Positions 13,636-25,691 are shown, numbered from the stretch's first letter. The stretch: DNA of 64,000 nt from Escherichia coli (GCF_024502345.1 NZ_JALDNN010000001.1), one strand, 5' to 3'. Notes: generated from the letters alone by a model not told the origin. Numbers and translations: made by a program.

Positions 13636-15900
13636 CTACCCGTTATCCACTGGCACGCCAAACCACTGATGATACCAACGAGGTAAAATTTGCTCCCTGA
13701 GGCTGCTAATCCGCCAGCCTTGCGCTGAAAAATCGACCGTTACTTGCCCCTGATGAGGAGTATCAAGCCACGTATAACCCTGTTGTTGATAGCGATGCTT
13801 AACTTTGTTAGAGGGCAGTCGCCATGCGTTATAGCGCGATGCCGATGCGAGTGCCACTTTTCCATTCACTCGCTGAATTAATGGCAACGATGATGAGGTA
13901 TTACTGCCATGGTGAGGTACCTGAAGCAATGTTGCCTGCACTTGCTGCCAGTAACGGCTTAGCATCTTTTGTTCAGCTGGGGCTTCAATATCACCGGTTA
14001 GAAGAATGCTATTCGTCCCGTCATCAACCTTAACCACACAGGAATGGTTATTTCCTTTATCGTTGCTACCTTGTAAAGGCCAGTGCGCGCTGAAACGCAA
14101 TCCTTGCCATTGCCACGCTTCGCCACGCACACAGGGCTGATGATGTTCCCAGTTTAACGGACTTCTGATCCATAACATCGGCCATATATGCAATATTGAA
14201 TCCAGCCCTCCCCGGTGATCCAGATGTTCATGGCTCAGAATAACGCCTTCCGGTTCAAGATTATGCCAGTGGAGCCAGGGGATAATCAGTTGTTGCCCAC
14301 TATCCCCTTCGGGCCAGGCCAGTCCCGTGTCATAGAGAATCGCTTTGCCGTTTCTGGCTATCACCATTGCCAGCCCTTGCCCGACATCAAGCATGTACAC
14401 TTGCCACTCGTCAGGTCGAGGTTTTTGCCACAGCGGCCAGCACATCAGCAAGCCTACAGCCACACACATTGCTGGCAACGTTCGCCAGGCGTTTAATCGC
14501 CATACCACCAGTAAGAACCATGGGGAAAATGATAGCCATTGCCAACGTTCAGCAATGTTGATCCACCCTTCTGGCAAACTCTTTAACCCCCAGAAAAGTA
14601 AAGCCAAAGACCGGTCGGCAAGAAACCATAACCCTTGCTCCAGGATTAACGGCCCGCTTAAATGCACAACCATCGCGGCGAGGATCAACGGAACCGTGAT
14701 AAATGTCACCAAGGGAATTGCTAATAGATTTGCAATAAACGAGGTCAGACTAATGCCATGAAATATGACGATTTGCACGGGCATAAGCAGAAGTGTGATT
14801 CCCAGTTGCAGATGGATGAGGGAAACAACTGCACGCAATACCGGCGGCAGTTGCCACTCAGGACAGGGAAACCACTGATACCAAAATATCAATGCCGCGA
14901 CCGCAGCGGCAGAGAGCCATAAACTTTGCGAGAGAATGGCAACAGGATCCATCAGCAAAATTGCCGCCAGACAACATATCCATACATCCCAGCCACTCCA
15001 CTGTCGCCCACTTAACTTAAGCATTCCCCACGTAGCAAGCGCCACAACGGTACGCAATGCAGGAGGTTGCATTCCCGTCAGCCAGGCATAAAAAGCAGCA
15101 CAGCAGATTCCGCCAATTAATGGCATTTGCCAGTGGATCCAGCGCCCAGGCAGAAAAATTTGTCCACTGCGAATGAGTCCGGCAGCCAGCAACGCCGCAA
15201 AAGCGATGTGCAATCCCGATATCGCCATTAAATGCGCCGTTCCAGTATCACGCATGATATTTTTGATTTCTTTAGGGACGGATAACCGTTCCCCCATACC
15301 TAAACCAAGAATAACCGCATTCCACGGATAGGGTTGCAGCGTTGTTTGTAGTGACGCCAGATACTGTGCACGCAGGCTACAATTCGGTTCAATAACACTT
15401 GCCTGCAGAAAGCGGCCGGTGAGCGGCTGATGCTGGGCAATGGCATAACGCTGGCTATCAAAGCCGCCATCATTAAGTTGACCATGAACGGCACGAACTT
15501 TGAGTTTCATTGACCACAGTTGTCCGGCACAAACCGCTTGCGGAAGATATTCGCCATACAGCACAAGGCCTGGCGCAGGGAATATACGTCGACCTTGTAG
15601 ATAAGTAATTTGACCGTAATGAGTGGTCATGCCGTCAGTAGCAGTGATCTCAACAATTGCATCCTGCGTCGCGCCAGTTAAGGTTTCTCCTGCCCACAAA
15701 ATTTGCTTTGCTGATAATATGCCCCAAACGAAAAACAGCAACGTCAGCGCGATATAACGGACGGTTTTAACAGGGATAAATGCCAGTACGCAGGCGAAGA
15801 GAGTCAGAAACGCAAGGGTTAATGTCCCAGGCAATTGGGGCAAAATCAGCAACGGAAAAATTCCGCAAATTATGCATACGCCGACTGTCGTTATTTTCAT
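13636..15900 (-). CDS. ycaI: ComEC/Rec2-family inner-membrane protein YcaI with metallo-beta-lactamase domain
   Basis: ORF track 13636..15978 (780 aa). Start moved to the ATG at 15900 (MKITTVG..., 754 aa). HxHxDH motif (SHEHLDHRGG) seen near the C-terminus. Confidence 0.85.
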   Translation of the reverse strand: MKITTVGVCIICGIFPLLILPQLPGTLTLAFLTLFACVLAFIPVKTVRYIALTLLFFVWGILSAKQILWAGETLTGATQDAIVEITATDGMTTHYGQITYLQGRRIFPAPGLVLYGEYLPQAVCAGQLWSMKLKVRAVHGQLNDGGFDSQRYAIAQHQPLTGRFLQASVIEPNCSLRAQYLASLQTTLQPYPWNAVILGLGMGERLSVPKEIKNIMRDTGTAHLMAISGLHIAFAALLAAGLIRSGQIFLPGRWIHWQMPLIGGICCAAFYAWLTGMQPPALRTVVALATWGMLKLSGRQWSGWDVWICCLAAILLMDPVAILSQSLWLSAAAVAALIFWYQWFPCPEWQLPPVLRAVVSLIHLQLGITLLLMPVQIVIFHGISLTSFIANLLAIPLVTFITVPLILAAMVVHLSGPLILEQGLWFLADRSLALLFWGLKSLPEGWINIAERWQWLSFSPWFLLVVWRLNAWRTLPAMCVAVGLLMCWPLWQKPRPDEWQVYMLDVGQGLAMVIARNGKAILYDTGLAWPEGDSGQQLIIPWLHWHNLEPEGVILSHEHLDHRGGLDSILHIWPMLWIRSPLNWEHHQPCVRGEAWQWQGLRFSAHWPLQGSNDKGNNHSCVVKVDDGTNSILLTGDIEAPAEQKMLSRYWQQVQATLLQVPHHGSNTSSSLPLIQRVNGKVALASASRYNAWRLPSNKVKHRYQQQGYTWLDTPHQGQVTVDFSAQGWRISSLREQILPRWYHQWFGVPVDNG

Positions 15901-16054
15901 GCACCCCTCCCTGTTTATGGAAAGTGTGCAACTTTGTTGAGCGGTTGTCTGGTGGGAATTTTGCGTTCCCCGAGGCACATTCAGAAGAATTTAACGAAAG
16001 GGTGAAAACTGCTCAAAACTCTGCGAGGCAGCTTCCAGTTCCTGATTAGAGAAA

Positions 16055-16080
16055 TGAAAAAAGCACCCGACAGGTGCTTT
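16055..16080 (-). terminator. Rho-independent terminator downstream of ihfB
   Basis: Minus-strand hairpin AGCACC-tgtcgg-GTGCT followed by TTTTTTCATTT. Confidence 0.7.
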
Positions 16081-16106
16081 TCTCGCGTTCAAGTTTGAGT
16101 AAAAAC

Positions 16107-16391
16107 TTAACCGTAAATATTGGCGCGATCGCGCAGTTCTTTACCAGGTTTAAAGTGAGGAACGTATTTTCCTTCCAGTTCTACTTTATCGCCAGTCTTC
16201 GGATTACGTCCGGTACGTGGTGCGCGGTAGTGCAAAGAGAAACTGCCGAAACCGCGGATTTCAATACGCTCGCCCTGCGCAAGAGTCGAGGCCATATGCT
16301 CCAGCATCTCTTTTACTGCATCTTCAACCGTCTTGGCGGGAATGTGCGATTGCTGGGTGGCAAGTCTTTCTATCAATTCTGACTTGGTCAT
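16107..16391 (-). CDS. ihfB: Integration host factor beta subunit
   Basis: ORF track, 94 aa, [26 protein letters not shown].... Confidence 0.95.
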
Positions 16392-16445
16392 GATTCCTCC
16401 GGTTCCTTAAAGGCAAATTAAGCGGCTGCTGTTGCTGCATTGATT

Positions 16446-16467
16446 AAGGGCGGCCGTAGCCGCCCTT
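16446..16467 (-). other. Stable stem-loop downstream of rpsA, without a T-run
   Basis: Perfect 9-bp stem AAGGGCGGC-cgta-GCCGCCCTT between rpsA and ihfB; no U-tract on the minus strand, so possibly a processing site or partial terminator. Confidence 0.4.
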
Positions 16468-16550
16468 AGTGCTTGATTACAGGACGAAACCTGCAATCTG
16501 TCAAGTAAACTCAACAAACTTCGGAATAAAAATCCCGAAGAGTCAGAGAA

Positions 16551-18224
16551 TTACTCGCCTTTAGCTGCTTTGAAAGCTTCAGCCATTGCGTTGTTGGAGA
16601 AGTTTGCATCTTCCTGTTTGTTAACAGTTGCGATTGCATCTTTCTCGTCAGCTTCGTCTTTCGCACGAACAGACAGGCTGATTGCGCGGTTTTTACGATC
16701 AACGCCGGTGAATTTAGCTTCAACTTCGTCGCCAACGCTCAGAACCAGGGTAGCGTCTTCAACGCGGTCACGGGATGCTTCAGAAGCACGCAGGTAACCT
16801 TCAACGCCGTCAGCCAGTTCTACGGTTGCGCCTTTAGCGTCAACTGCAGTTACTTTACCGGTTACGATAGCGCCTTTCTTGTTCAGAGCAACCCAGTTGT
16901 TGAACGGATCTTCTGCGAGCTGTTTAACGCCCAGGGAGATACGTTCACGTTCTGCGTCAACCTGCAGAACAACTGCAGCGATTTCGTCACCTTTTTTGTA
17001 TTCACGAACTGCTTCTTCGCCTGCAACGTTCCAGGAGATGTCAGACAGGTGAACCAGGCCGTCGATGCCGCCGTCCAGGCCGATGAAGATACCGAAGTCA
17101 GTGATAGACTTGATTTTACCTTCAACACGGTCGCCCTTGTTGTGGGTTTCCGCGAATTGCTGCCACGGGTTAGCTTTGCACTGTTTCAGACCCAGGGAGA
17201 TACGACGACGTTCTTCGTCGATATCCAGAACCATAACTTCCACTACATCGCCAACGTTAACAACTTTGGACGGGTGGATGTTTTTGTTGGTCCAATCCAT
17301 TTCGGAAACGTGTACCAGGCCTTCAACGCCTTCTTCGATTTCAACGAAGCAGCCGTAGTCGGTCAGGTTGGTCACGCGACCAGTCAGTTTGGTACCTTCC
17401 GGATAACGTTTAGCGATAGCTACCCACGGATCTTCGCCCAGCTGTTTCAGGCCCAGGGATACACGGGTACGTTCGCGGTCGAACTTCAGCACTTTAACAG
17501 TGATTTCGTCGCCCACGTTGACGATTTCGCTCGGATGCTTAACGCGTTTCCAGGCCATGTCAGTGATGTGCAGCAGGCCGTCAACGCCGCCCAGATCAAC
17601 GAATGCACCGTAGTCAGTGAGGTTCTTAACGATACCTTTAACTTCCATGCCTTCCTGCAGGTTTTCCAGCAGCTGATCGCGCTCTGCGCTGTTTTCGGAT
17701 TCGATAACGGCACGACGAGAAACAACAACGTTGTTGCGCTTCTGATCCAGCTTGATTACTTTAAATTCAAGCTCTTTGCCTTCCAGGTGCAGAGTGTCAC
17801 GCACCGGACGAACGTCTACCAGAGAACCTGGCAGGAACGCACGAATACCGTTCAGCTCAACAGTGAAGCCGCCCTTAACTTTGCCGTTGATAACACCGGT
17901 AACAGTTTCAGCATCTTCGTAAGCTTTTTCCAGCGTGATCCAGGCTTCGTGACGTTTAGCTTTCTCACGGGACAGCAGAGTTTCACCGAAGCCGTCTTCT
18001 ACTGCGTCCAGAGCAACGTCAACTTCGTCACCTACCTGGATTTCCAGCTCGCCCTGGGCGTTTTTGAACTGCTCAGCCGGGATGGCGGACTCAGATTTCA
18101 GACCAGCGTCAACCAGTACTACGTCTTTGTCGATAGCAACAACAACGCCACGAACGATAGAACCCGGGCGGGTTTCGATTTCTTTTAAGGACTCTTCAAA
18201 GAGTTGAGCAAAAGATTCAGTCAT
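16551..18224 (-). CDS. rpsA: 30S ribosomal protein S1
   Basis: ORF track, 557 aa, [26 protein letters not shown]...; six S1 repeats. Confidence 0.97.
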
Positions 18225-18334
18225 GTTTAATCTTCAGGTTTATATTTAACGTCCACCTGGCTCCATGCCGGATGGGGTTGTTTAACATACCCGCTGTCAT
18301 TCCATTGCAACGGGGGTACTGCAAATTCGGTCGC

Positions 18335-19018
18335 TTATGCGAGAGCCAATTTCTGGCGCGCGTATTGTAGCGCTTTTTCAATCACTTGCTCAATGCTTAA
18401 GGTGGTGGAATCCAACACTAAAGCATCGGCTGCCGGAACCAGTGGCGCTACCGCTCGGTTACGATCGCGGTCGTCGCGTTCTTTGATCTCGGCCAAAAGG
18501 CGCTCAAAGTTAACACTAAAGCCCTTCTCCTGCAACTGTAGCATGCGGCGATGCGCACGTTCTTCCGAGGAGGCGTCAAGGAAAATTTTCACTGGCGCAT
18601 CAGGGAATACCACCGTTCCCATGTCGCGGCCATCGGCAATCAGGCCTGGTAATTCGCGAAACGCGCGTTGGCGACGCAATAATGCTTCACGAACGCGTGG
18701 GAATGCCGCGACTTGTGAAGCTGCATTCGCCACTTCCTGAGTACGAATTTCGCCGCTGACATCTTCCCCTTCGAGGATCACTTCCAGATTGCCATTGGTT
18801 GACACAAAACGTACATCCAGATGGGATGCCAGCGGTACCAGCGCATCTTCTGACGCAACATCAACATGGTGATGTAATGCCGCCAATGCCAGTACGCGAT
18901 AAATTGCACCCGAATCCAGCAGATGCCATTGCAATGCTTCCGCCATAGCCTTACACAAGGTGCCTTTCCCTGCACCGCTTGGGCCATCAATGGTAATAAC
19001 CGGGGCAATTGCCGTCAT
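18335..19018 (-). CDS. cmk: Cytidylate kinase
   Basis: ORF track, 227 aa; P-loop GPSGAGKGT. Confidence 0.95.
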
Positions 19019-19190
19019 CTTTATCTCCTTAAAACAGGCGTACCGTTAACATAACCGCGCGCATTATACGCGCCGACGCCACAAATCGTTAACGTTGTGT
19101 GCAAAAACCAGTTTTGTCTGTATTCAGATGGGGATTTATTGCGCAATTATAGCGGGCTGGCAGAAGACCAGCCCGAAAGATGACAATGAT

Positions 19191-19955
19191 TTACTTACCA
19201 GAGGCGATACGATCACGGATGTGTTGCGCACGCTCTGTTGATGGTGGGTGAGAGTCAAACATGGACTGGGTGCGACCGCCATCCAGACTATCCAGTTTTT
19301 CAAAGCTGCCAACCAGCCCCTGGGTGCTGATGCCACGTTTCTTCAACAGATCAAAGGAGAAATCATCTGCTTCGGACTCTTTATCACGGGAGTATTTAGC
19401 ATTAATAGCGCCTTCTGCGATATCACCCAATTGTGAGCGGGAAAGCTGGGAAGCCACACCGCTGGTAGCTGAAATGGCATCGCGTGCGGCAACGATCGCA
19501 TAAGAAGCTTTCATTTCAGCCAGCGAGTGACCCAACGCGACGTGGCCCAGTTCATGGCCCAGAACACCTTCAATTTCGTTGTCATTCATCATGTCCATCA
19601 GGCCACTGTAGACACGGACACAGCCGTTCGCCATCGCCCATGCGTTGACGTCGCTGGTCATATAAACCTTATAGTTGACCGGCGTGCCATTAATATTGTT
19701 ACCCAATGCTTTGGCGATTTTTGCCAGACGTTTACCGTACTTGCTGGATTTACTTGCGACTTGATTGCCGCTGTCCATTTCGGCACAGCCCTGATTGGCA
19801 ATCGCTTTTGCATCGGCATCGCTTAATGTTGCTGCTTTATAGGCATTTAAACCGGAGCTGATAGCCATATTGGTATCAATACCGTGGGTATTTTGACACC
19901 CTGTCAGTAATGCTGCAGAGGTCGCAATCGCCAGCAGTAATTTAGTATTCTTCAT
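19191..19955 (-). CDS. ycaL: M48-family metalloprotease lipoprotein YcaL
   Basis: ORF track 19191..19979. Start moved to the ATG at 19955 (MKNTKLLLAIATSAALLTGC, lipobox), 254 aa. HExxH motif (GHELGHVALGH). Confidence 0.85.
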   Translation of the reverse strand: MKNTKLLLAIATSAALLTGCQNTHGIDTNMAISSGLNAYKAATLSDADAKAIANQGCAEMDSGNQVASKSSKYGKRLAKIAKALGNNINGTPVNYKVYMTSDVNAWAMANGCVRVYSGLMDMMNDNEIEGVLGHELGHVALGHSLAEMKASYAIVAARDAISATSGVASQLSRSQLGDIAEGAINAKYSRDKESEADDFSFDLLKKRGISTQGLVGSFEKLDSLDGGRTQSMFDSHPPSTERAQHIRDRIASGK

Positions 19956-20123
19956 GTGAATCATCCGTTGATTAATCATATATAAATATTATGTATCAAC
20001 AACTTACATTGACAAGCGACGCTACCATTAATCAAAATGACTCACAAGGTCCGAAAAAAAACGCCGACAATGTGCCGACGTTTTGATAAAGAAAGATTTG
20101 GCTATTTATTGCCCGTTGTTCAT

Positions 20124-21407
20124 TCAGGCTGCCTGGCTAATCCGCGCCAACTGCTCGAAATAATCCGGAAATGTTTTGGCCGTACATTTGGGATCAAGAA
20201 TCGTCACTGGTGTATCTGACAACGCCACCAGCGAGAAACACATCGCCATCCGGTGATCATTGTATGTCGCGATCTCGGCAAAGTTCAGTTTTTCCGGTGG
20301 AGTGATACGAATGTAATCGTGCCCCTCTTCTACTTCCGCACCGACTTTACGCAGTTCTGTTGCCATCGCAAACAGGCGATCGGTTTCTTTAACACGCCAG
20401 TTATAGATATTGCGCAGCGTGGTGGTGCCTTTTGCAAATAACGCCGCCGTGGCAATGGTCATCGCCGCATCGGGAATATGGTTCATATCCATATCAATAG
20501 CGTTCAGTTCACCACGCGTGCAGGAAATATAATCATCGCCCCAGCAAATGGTCGCGCCCATTTTTTCCAGCACATCAGCAAAGCGAATATCACCCTGCAT
20601 ACTGTTACGTCCAATACCGGTCACTTTTAGAGTGCCGCCTTTGATTGCTGCTGCTGCCAGAAAGTAAGAAGCCGAAGATGCATCGCCTTCGACCAAATAA
20701 GTACCCGGAGACTGATAAGACTGCCCGCCTTTTACGACAAATTGTTGATAGTGCTGATTTTCAATTTCAACACCAAACGTCTTCATCAGATTGAGTGTGA
20801 TGTCGATATAAGGTTTAGAAACCAGATCGCCTTTAATACGAATCACCGTATCTTCCGGCGCAAGAGGCGCAGTCATTAACAGTGCGGTGAGGAATTGGCT
20901 GGAAACGGAGCCATCAACGTCAACGTTGCCGCCAGTAAAGCCGCCCTGTAAACGCAACGGCGGATAATTTTCTTGTTCCAGGTAAGTGATCTTCGCCCCG
21001 CCCAGGCGCAGCGCATCCACCAGATGACCAATCGGGCGTTCTTTCATACGCGGCTCACCGGTCAGCACAATATCATTGCTACCCAGACAAAGAGCTGCCG
21101 CCAGCGGACGCATTGCCGTTCCGGCGTTACCGAGGAACAACTCCAGGGCACCTTCTGCGTGTAATGGACCGCCGTTACCGATAATTTCGCAACGCGTACG
21201 ATCGGCTGAAAGCGTATAGCTTACCCCTAACGCTGTTAATGCATTCAGCATATGGCGCACGTCATCGCTATCCAGCAGATTGGTTAATACTGTTTTGCCG
21301 TGTGCTAATGCCGCCAGCAATAAAGCGCGGTTAGAAACGCTCTTGGAACCGGGCAGATTAATAGTGCCATCGACACGAGCGATGGGTTGTAACGTCAGGG
21401 ATTCCAT
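20124..21407 (-). CDS. aroA: 3-phosphoshikimate 1-carboxyvinyltransferase (EPSP synthase)
   Basis: ORF track, 427 aa, [35 protein letters not shown].... Confidence 0.97.
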   Translation of the reverse strand: MESLTLQPIARVDGTINLPGSKSVSNRALLLAALAHGKTVLTNLLDSDDVRHMLNALTALGVSYTLSADRTRCEIIGNGGPLHAEGALELFLGNAGTAMRPLAAALCLGSNDIVLTGEPRMKERPIGHLVDALRLGGAKITYLEQENYPPLRLQGGFTGGNVDVDGSVSSQFLTALLMTAPLAPEDTVIRIKGDLVSKPYIDITLNLMKTFGVEIENQHYQQFVVKGGQSYQSPGTYLVEGDASSASYFLAAAAIKGGTLKVTGIGRNSMQGDIRFADVLEKMGATICWGDDYISCTRGELNAIDMDMNHIPDAAMTIATAALFAKGTTTLRNIYNWRVKETDRLFAMATELRKVGAEVEEGHDYIRITPPEKLNFAEIATYNDHRMAMCFSLVALSDTPVTILDPKCTAKTFPDYFEQLARISQAA

Positions 21408-21477
21408 GAACTCAACTCTCTACAACAGAAATAAAAACCCCACAGGCTGGCTGTGGGGATTAAGCAAAATTTCGGCA

Positions 21478-22566
21478 TTAACCGTGACGGCGTTCGAACT
21501 CAACCATGAAGTCTGTCAGCGCTTTAACGCCTTCCAGCGGCATGGCGTTATAAATAGAAGCGCGCATTCCGCCGACCACACGGTGACCTTTCAGTGCATG
21601 AAGGCCAGCAGCAAAAGACTCTTCAAGGAACAATTTGTCAAGCGCACTGTCCGCCAACTGGAACGGCACGTTCATCCGCGAACGGTTAGCTTTCGCCACG
21701 TCATTGCGGTAGAAATCGCTGTTATCAATCACCCCATATAGCAGTTCTGCTTTTTGCTGATTGATTTTATCCATTTCAGCTACACCGCCGTTCGCTTTCA
21801 GCCATTTAAAGACCAGACCAGATAGATACCAGGCAAATGTCGGCGGCGTGTTAAACATGGAGCCGTTATCGTTGAGGATGGAATAATCCAGAATCGACGG
21901 ACACGCGATATTCGCTTTGCCCAGCAAATCTTCACGAACGATGACGATTGTCAGGCCAGCCGGGCCGATATTTTTCTGCGCGCCAGCGTAAATCACGCCA
22001 TAACGGCTGACGTCAATCGGACGGGAAAGAATGGTTGAAGAGAAGTCGGCGGCGACCACCACATCTTTGCCGAAGTCTGGCGTTTCGTCGATGGCGATAC
22101 CGTCGATGGTTTCATTCGGGCAGTAATGCATATAAGCAGCATTATCAGAGAGTTGCCATTCACGCATTGGCTTAACCGCGCGCAGACCATCAACAGTCAC
22201 TTTGGCGTCAAAGACATTAGGCGTGCAGTATTTTTTCGCTTCTTTAATGGCACTTGCCGCCCAGTAACCGGCATCAACATAATCTGCGGTGGTTTTATCA
22301 CCGAGAATATTCAGCGGTACCGCAGCAAACTGACCGCGACCACCGCCATGGCAGAATAATACCTTGTAGTTGGAGGGGACATTAAGAAGATCGCGAAAAT
22401 CCTTCTCGGCTTCCTCTGCAACCTGAATGAACTCTTTGCCACGGTGACTCACTTCCATCACCGACGTACCAAGACCGTTCCAGTCGCGCAGTTCCTGTTG
22501 AGCCTGTTTAAGCACCTCTGCCGGTAGCATTGCCGGACCAGAACTAAAATTGAAGATTTGAGCCAT
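21478..22566 (-). CDS. serC: Phosphoserine aminotransferase
   Basis: ORF track, 362 aa, [26 protein letters not shown].... Confidence 0.97.
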
Positions 22567-22764
22567 TTCCCCTCACCACGTTGCGTTGCTATTAACCCGC
22601 GGTCAATCGATTGCGACCACAGGTAATACATTATTCCTGTGGCTATCGGTTTTATCATTCAGTGACACACATCGCAATGAGTAAAACCGTTGAGGGCAAA
22701 AATGTGGCTTGCATCACACAAAAGAATCTCTCGGATTATTAGCAAAAAGCCGATGTTTTTACTG

Positions 22765-23457
22765 TCAGGTCACCCGTTTTGCCCGACTTGCCTTCGTCCA
22801 TTCTGGATTTGCACAGCGCGGACATAATTGTTTTTCCCCCGCTTTCATATGAATGATTTCACTACAACGAATACAGGCATAGTCCGCCGACTCCGGCACC
22901 ACTTTGTAACGCTGCGTACAATCACTGGGTAAAATAAGTAAACCCGGTTTCACCTTGTCATCTTCAAAGAAATAGACACTGATTTGCCCGTTGGTTTCGA
23001 GAATCGCCAGACGTACCTGCCCCAGCTGCTCCACGCCACGCAATCGTAGCTCCATAAAGAACTCAAATTCCGTCATGTTGGAGTTATTGAGTTTCGACCA
23101 GGCCAGCTCGCCATCTTCAATAATAACAACCGGCTTACCTTCCAGTAGATCTTCCAGTTTTTCACTGTGCGCCATCAACCACATTACCAGGCGGTATAAC
23201 AACGCCAGAGTGATAAAGACGATAAGTACCGGCACCATCGGCACATCATCATAAAACGCCACATCTCCCGCCGCTGAACCCAGCGTGAGAATGATTAACA
23301 CTTCAAACAGCGACATCTGTCGCACACCGCGTCTTCCGGTCATTTTGAGGAACAAAAAAACCAGTACAAAGGTATAAAGACTACGTAGTGCAACTTCGCC
23401 AAGGAAATCAAAAGGCACTTTATCAAATGCCATACGGTGGAGATCGAACGCCTTCAT
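22765..23457 (-). CDS. ycaP: Inner-membrane protein YcaP (DUF421)
   Basis: ORF track, 230 aa, with hydrophobic N-terminal segments. Confidence 0.8.
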   Translation of the reverse strand: MKAFDLHRMAFDKVPFDFLGEVALRSLYTFVLVFLFLKMTGRRGVRQMSLFEVLIILTLGSAAGDVAFYDDVPMVPVLIVFITLALLYRLVMWLMAHSEKLEDLLEGKPVVIIEDGELAWSKLNNSNMTEFEFFMELRLRGVEQLGQVRLAILETNGQISVYFFEDDKVKPGLLILPSDCTQRYKVVPESADYACIRCSEIIHMKAGEKQLCPRCANPEWTKASRAKRVT

Positions 23458-23586
23458 TTTTATGCTCTTATCGTGGTTTATCCGCTAAAAGCATAGTCAA
23501 CAGTTCATCGGCATGGCGGCGGTGATAGCGCCTTTGAGATAAAACCCGTATTATTGCGCGCTTTCCGTACGACTAAAGTGATTTTC

Positions 23587-25347
23587 ATGACGCAAACATT
23601 TATCCCCGGCAAAGATGCCGCTCTGGAAGATTCCATCGCTCGCTTCCAGCAAAAACTTTCAGACCTCGGCTTTCAGATTGAAGAGGCCTCCTGGCTGAAT
23701 CCCGTGCCTAACGTCTGGTCTGTACATATTCGCGACAAAGAGTGCGCACTGTGTTTTACCAACGGTAAAGGCGCAACCAAGAAAGCGGCGCTGGCTTCTG
23801 CACTCGGTGAATATTTCGAGCGTCTCTCAACCAACTACTTTTTTGCTGATTTCTGGCTGGGCGAAACCATCGCCAACGGTCCATTTGTGCATTATCCCAA
23901 CGAAAAATGGTTCCCACTGACCGAAAATGACGATGTGCCAGAAGGGCTGCTCGATGACCGTCTGCGCGCATTTTACGATCCGGAGAATGAATTGACCGGC
24001 AGTATGCTGATTGACCTACAATCCGGTAACGAAGATCGTGGTATTTGCGGTCTGCCGTTTACGCGCCAGTCCGACAATCAGACCGTTTATATTCCGATGA
24101 ATATCATTGGTAACCTGTACGTTTCTAACGGTATGTCCGCTGGCAATACCCGCAACGAAGCACGCGTTCAGGGGTTGTCCGAAGTTTTCGAACGCTACGT
24201 GAAAAACCGCATTATTGCAGAAAGCATCAGCTTGCCGGAAATCCCGGCAGACGTGCTGGCGCGTTACCCAGCGGTGGTTGAAGCGATCGAAACACTGGAA
24301 GCAGAAGGTTTCCCGATCTTCGCATATGATGGTTCCCTTGGCGGCCAGTATCCGGTGATTTGCGTGGTACTGTTTAATCCTGCTAACGGCACCTGCTTTG
24401 CCTCTTTCGGTGCGCATCCTGATTTTGGCGTAGCACTGGAACGTACCGTGACCGAGCTGCTGCAAGGTCGTGGCCTGAAAGATTTGGATGTGTTTACTCC
24501 GCCAACCTTCGATGATGAAGAAGTCGCTGAACATACCAACCTCGAAACGCACTTTATCGATTCCAGCGGTTTAATCTCCTGGGACCTGTTCAAGCAGGAT
24601 GCCGATTATCCGTTTGTGGACTGGAATTTCTCCGGCACCACGGAAGAAGAGTTTGCTACGCTGATGGCTATCTTCAACAAAGAAGATAAAGAAGTTTATA
24701 TTGCCGATTACGAGCATCTGGGCGTTTATGCTTGCCGTATTATCGTGCCTGGCATGTCCGATATTTATCCGGCTGAAGATCTGTGGCTCGCGAATAACAG
24801 TATGGGCAGCCATTTACGTGAAACGATTCTTTCGCTACCAGGCAGCGAGTGGGAAAAAGAAGATTACCTGAACCTCATCGAGCAACTGGATGAAGAAGGT
24901 TTTGATGACTTTACCCGCGTGCGTGAGCTGTTGGGTCTGGCGACCGGGTCGGATAACGGTTGGTACACCCTGCGTATTGGTGAATTAAAAGCCATGCTGG
25001 CGCTGGCTGGTGGCGATCTGGAACAGGCTCTGGTCTGGACCGAATGGACGATGGAGTTTAACTCATCGGTATTCAGCCTGGAACGCGCCAACTATTATCG
25101 CTGCCTGCAAACGTTGTTATTACTGGCGCAGGAAGAAGATCGCCAGCCGCTGCAATATCTGAATGCGTTTGTTCGCATGTACGGCGCAGATGCCGTGGAA
25201 GCCGCTAGTGCGGCAATGAGCGGCGAAGCGGCGTTTTATGGCTTGCAACCAGTAGATAGCGATCTGCACGCGTTTGCTGCACATCAGTCGCTGTTGAAGG
25301 CCTACGAAAAGCTGCAGCGCGCCAAAGCAGCATTCTGGGCAAAATAA
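23587..25347 (+). CDS. ycaO: YcaO, founding member of the YcaO ATP-dependent amide-activating superfamily
   Basis: ORF track 23554..25347. ATG at 23587 gives MTQTFIPGKDAALEDSIARFQ... (586 aa). Confidence 0.9.
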   Translation: MTQTFIPGKDAALEDSIARFQQKLSDLGFQIEEASWLNPVPNVWSVHIRDKECALCFTNGKGATKKAALASALGEYFERLSTNYFFADFWLGETIANGPFVHYPNEKWFPLTENDDVPEGLLDDRLRAFYDPENELTGSMLIDLQSGNEDRGICGLPFTRQSDNQTVYIPMNIIGNLYVSNGMSAGNTRNEARVQGLSEVFERYVKNRIIAESISLPEIPADVLARYPAVVEAIETLEAEGFPIFAYDGSLGGQYPVICVVLFNPANGTCFASFGAHPDFGVALERTVTELLQGRGLKDLDVFTPPTFDDEEVAEHTNLETHFIDSSGLISWDLFKQDADYPFVDWNFSGTTEEEFATLMAIFNKEDKEVYIADYEHLGVYACRIIVPGMSDIYPAEDLWLANNSMGSHLRETILSLPGSEWEKEDYLNLIEQLDEEGFDDFTRVRELLGLATGSDNGWYTLRIGELKAMLALAGGDLEQALVWTEWTMEFNSSVFSLERANYYRCLQTLLLLAQEEDRQPLQYLNAFVRMYGADAVEAASAAMSGEAAFYGLQPVDSDLHAFAAHQSLLKAYEKLQRAKAAFWAK

Positions 25348-25677
25348 AATCAAATAGCCTACGCAATGTAGGCTTAATGATTCGTCTGAGTTATATTACG
25401 GGGCGTTTTTTAATGCCCCGCTTTACATATATTTGCATTAATAAAATAATTGTAATTATAAGGTTAAATATCGGTAATTTGTATTTAATAAATACGATCG
25501 ATATTGTTACTTTATTCGCCTGGTGCTCCCTTTTAATTAACTGTTTTAGCGGAGGATGCGGAAAAAATTCAACTCATTTGTTAATTTTTAAAATTTATTT
25601 TTATTTGTATAATCAAATATTTACTCCGTATTTGCATAAAAACCATGCGAGTTACGGGCCTATAAGCCAGGCGAGAT

Positions 25678-25691
25678 ATGATCTATATCAA
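25678..25691 (+). promoter_or_regulatory. Candidate FNR/CRP-family half-site dyad in the focA-pflB promoter region, followed by a TATAAT hexamer at 25701..25706
   Basis: aTGATctatATCAA resembles the FNR consensus TTGAT-N4-ATCAA. It lies in a roughly 400-bp AT-rich region upstream of focA, which is known to carry several anaerobic promoters. Confidence 0.4.

Noticed and set aside
17049-18188. A 379-aa ORF antisense to rpsA
   Set aside because: Same codon-bias shadow-ORF effect inside a highly expressed ribosomal protein gene.
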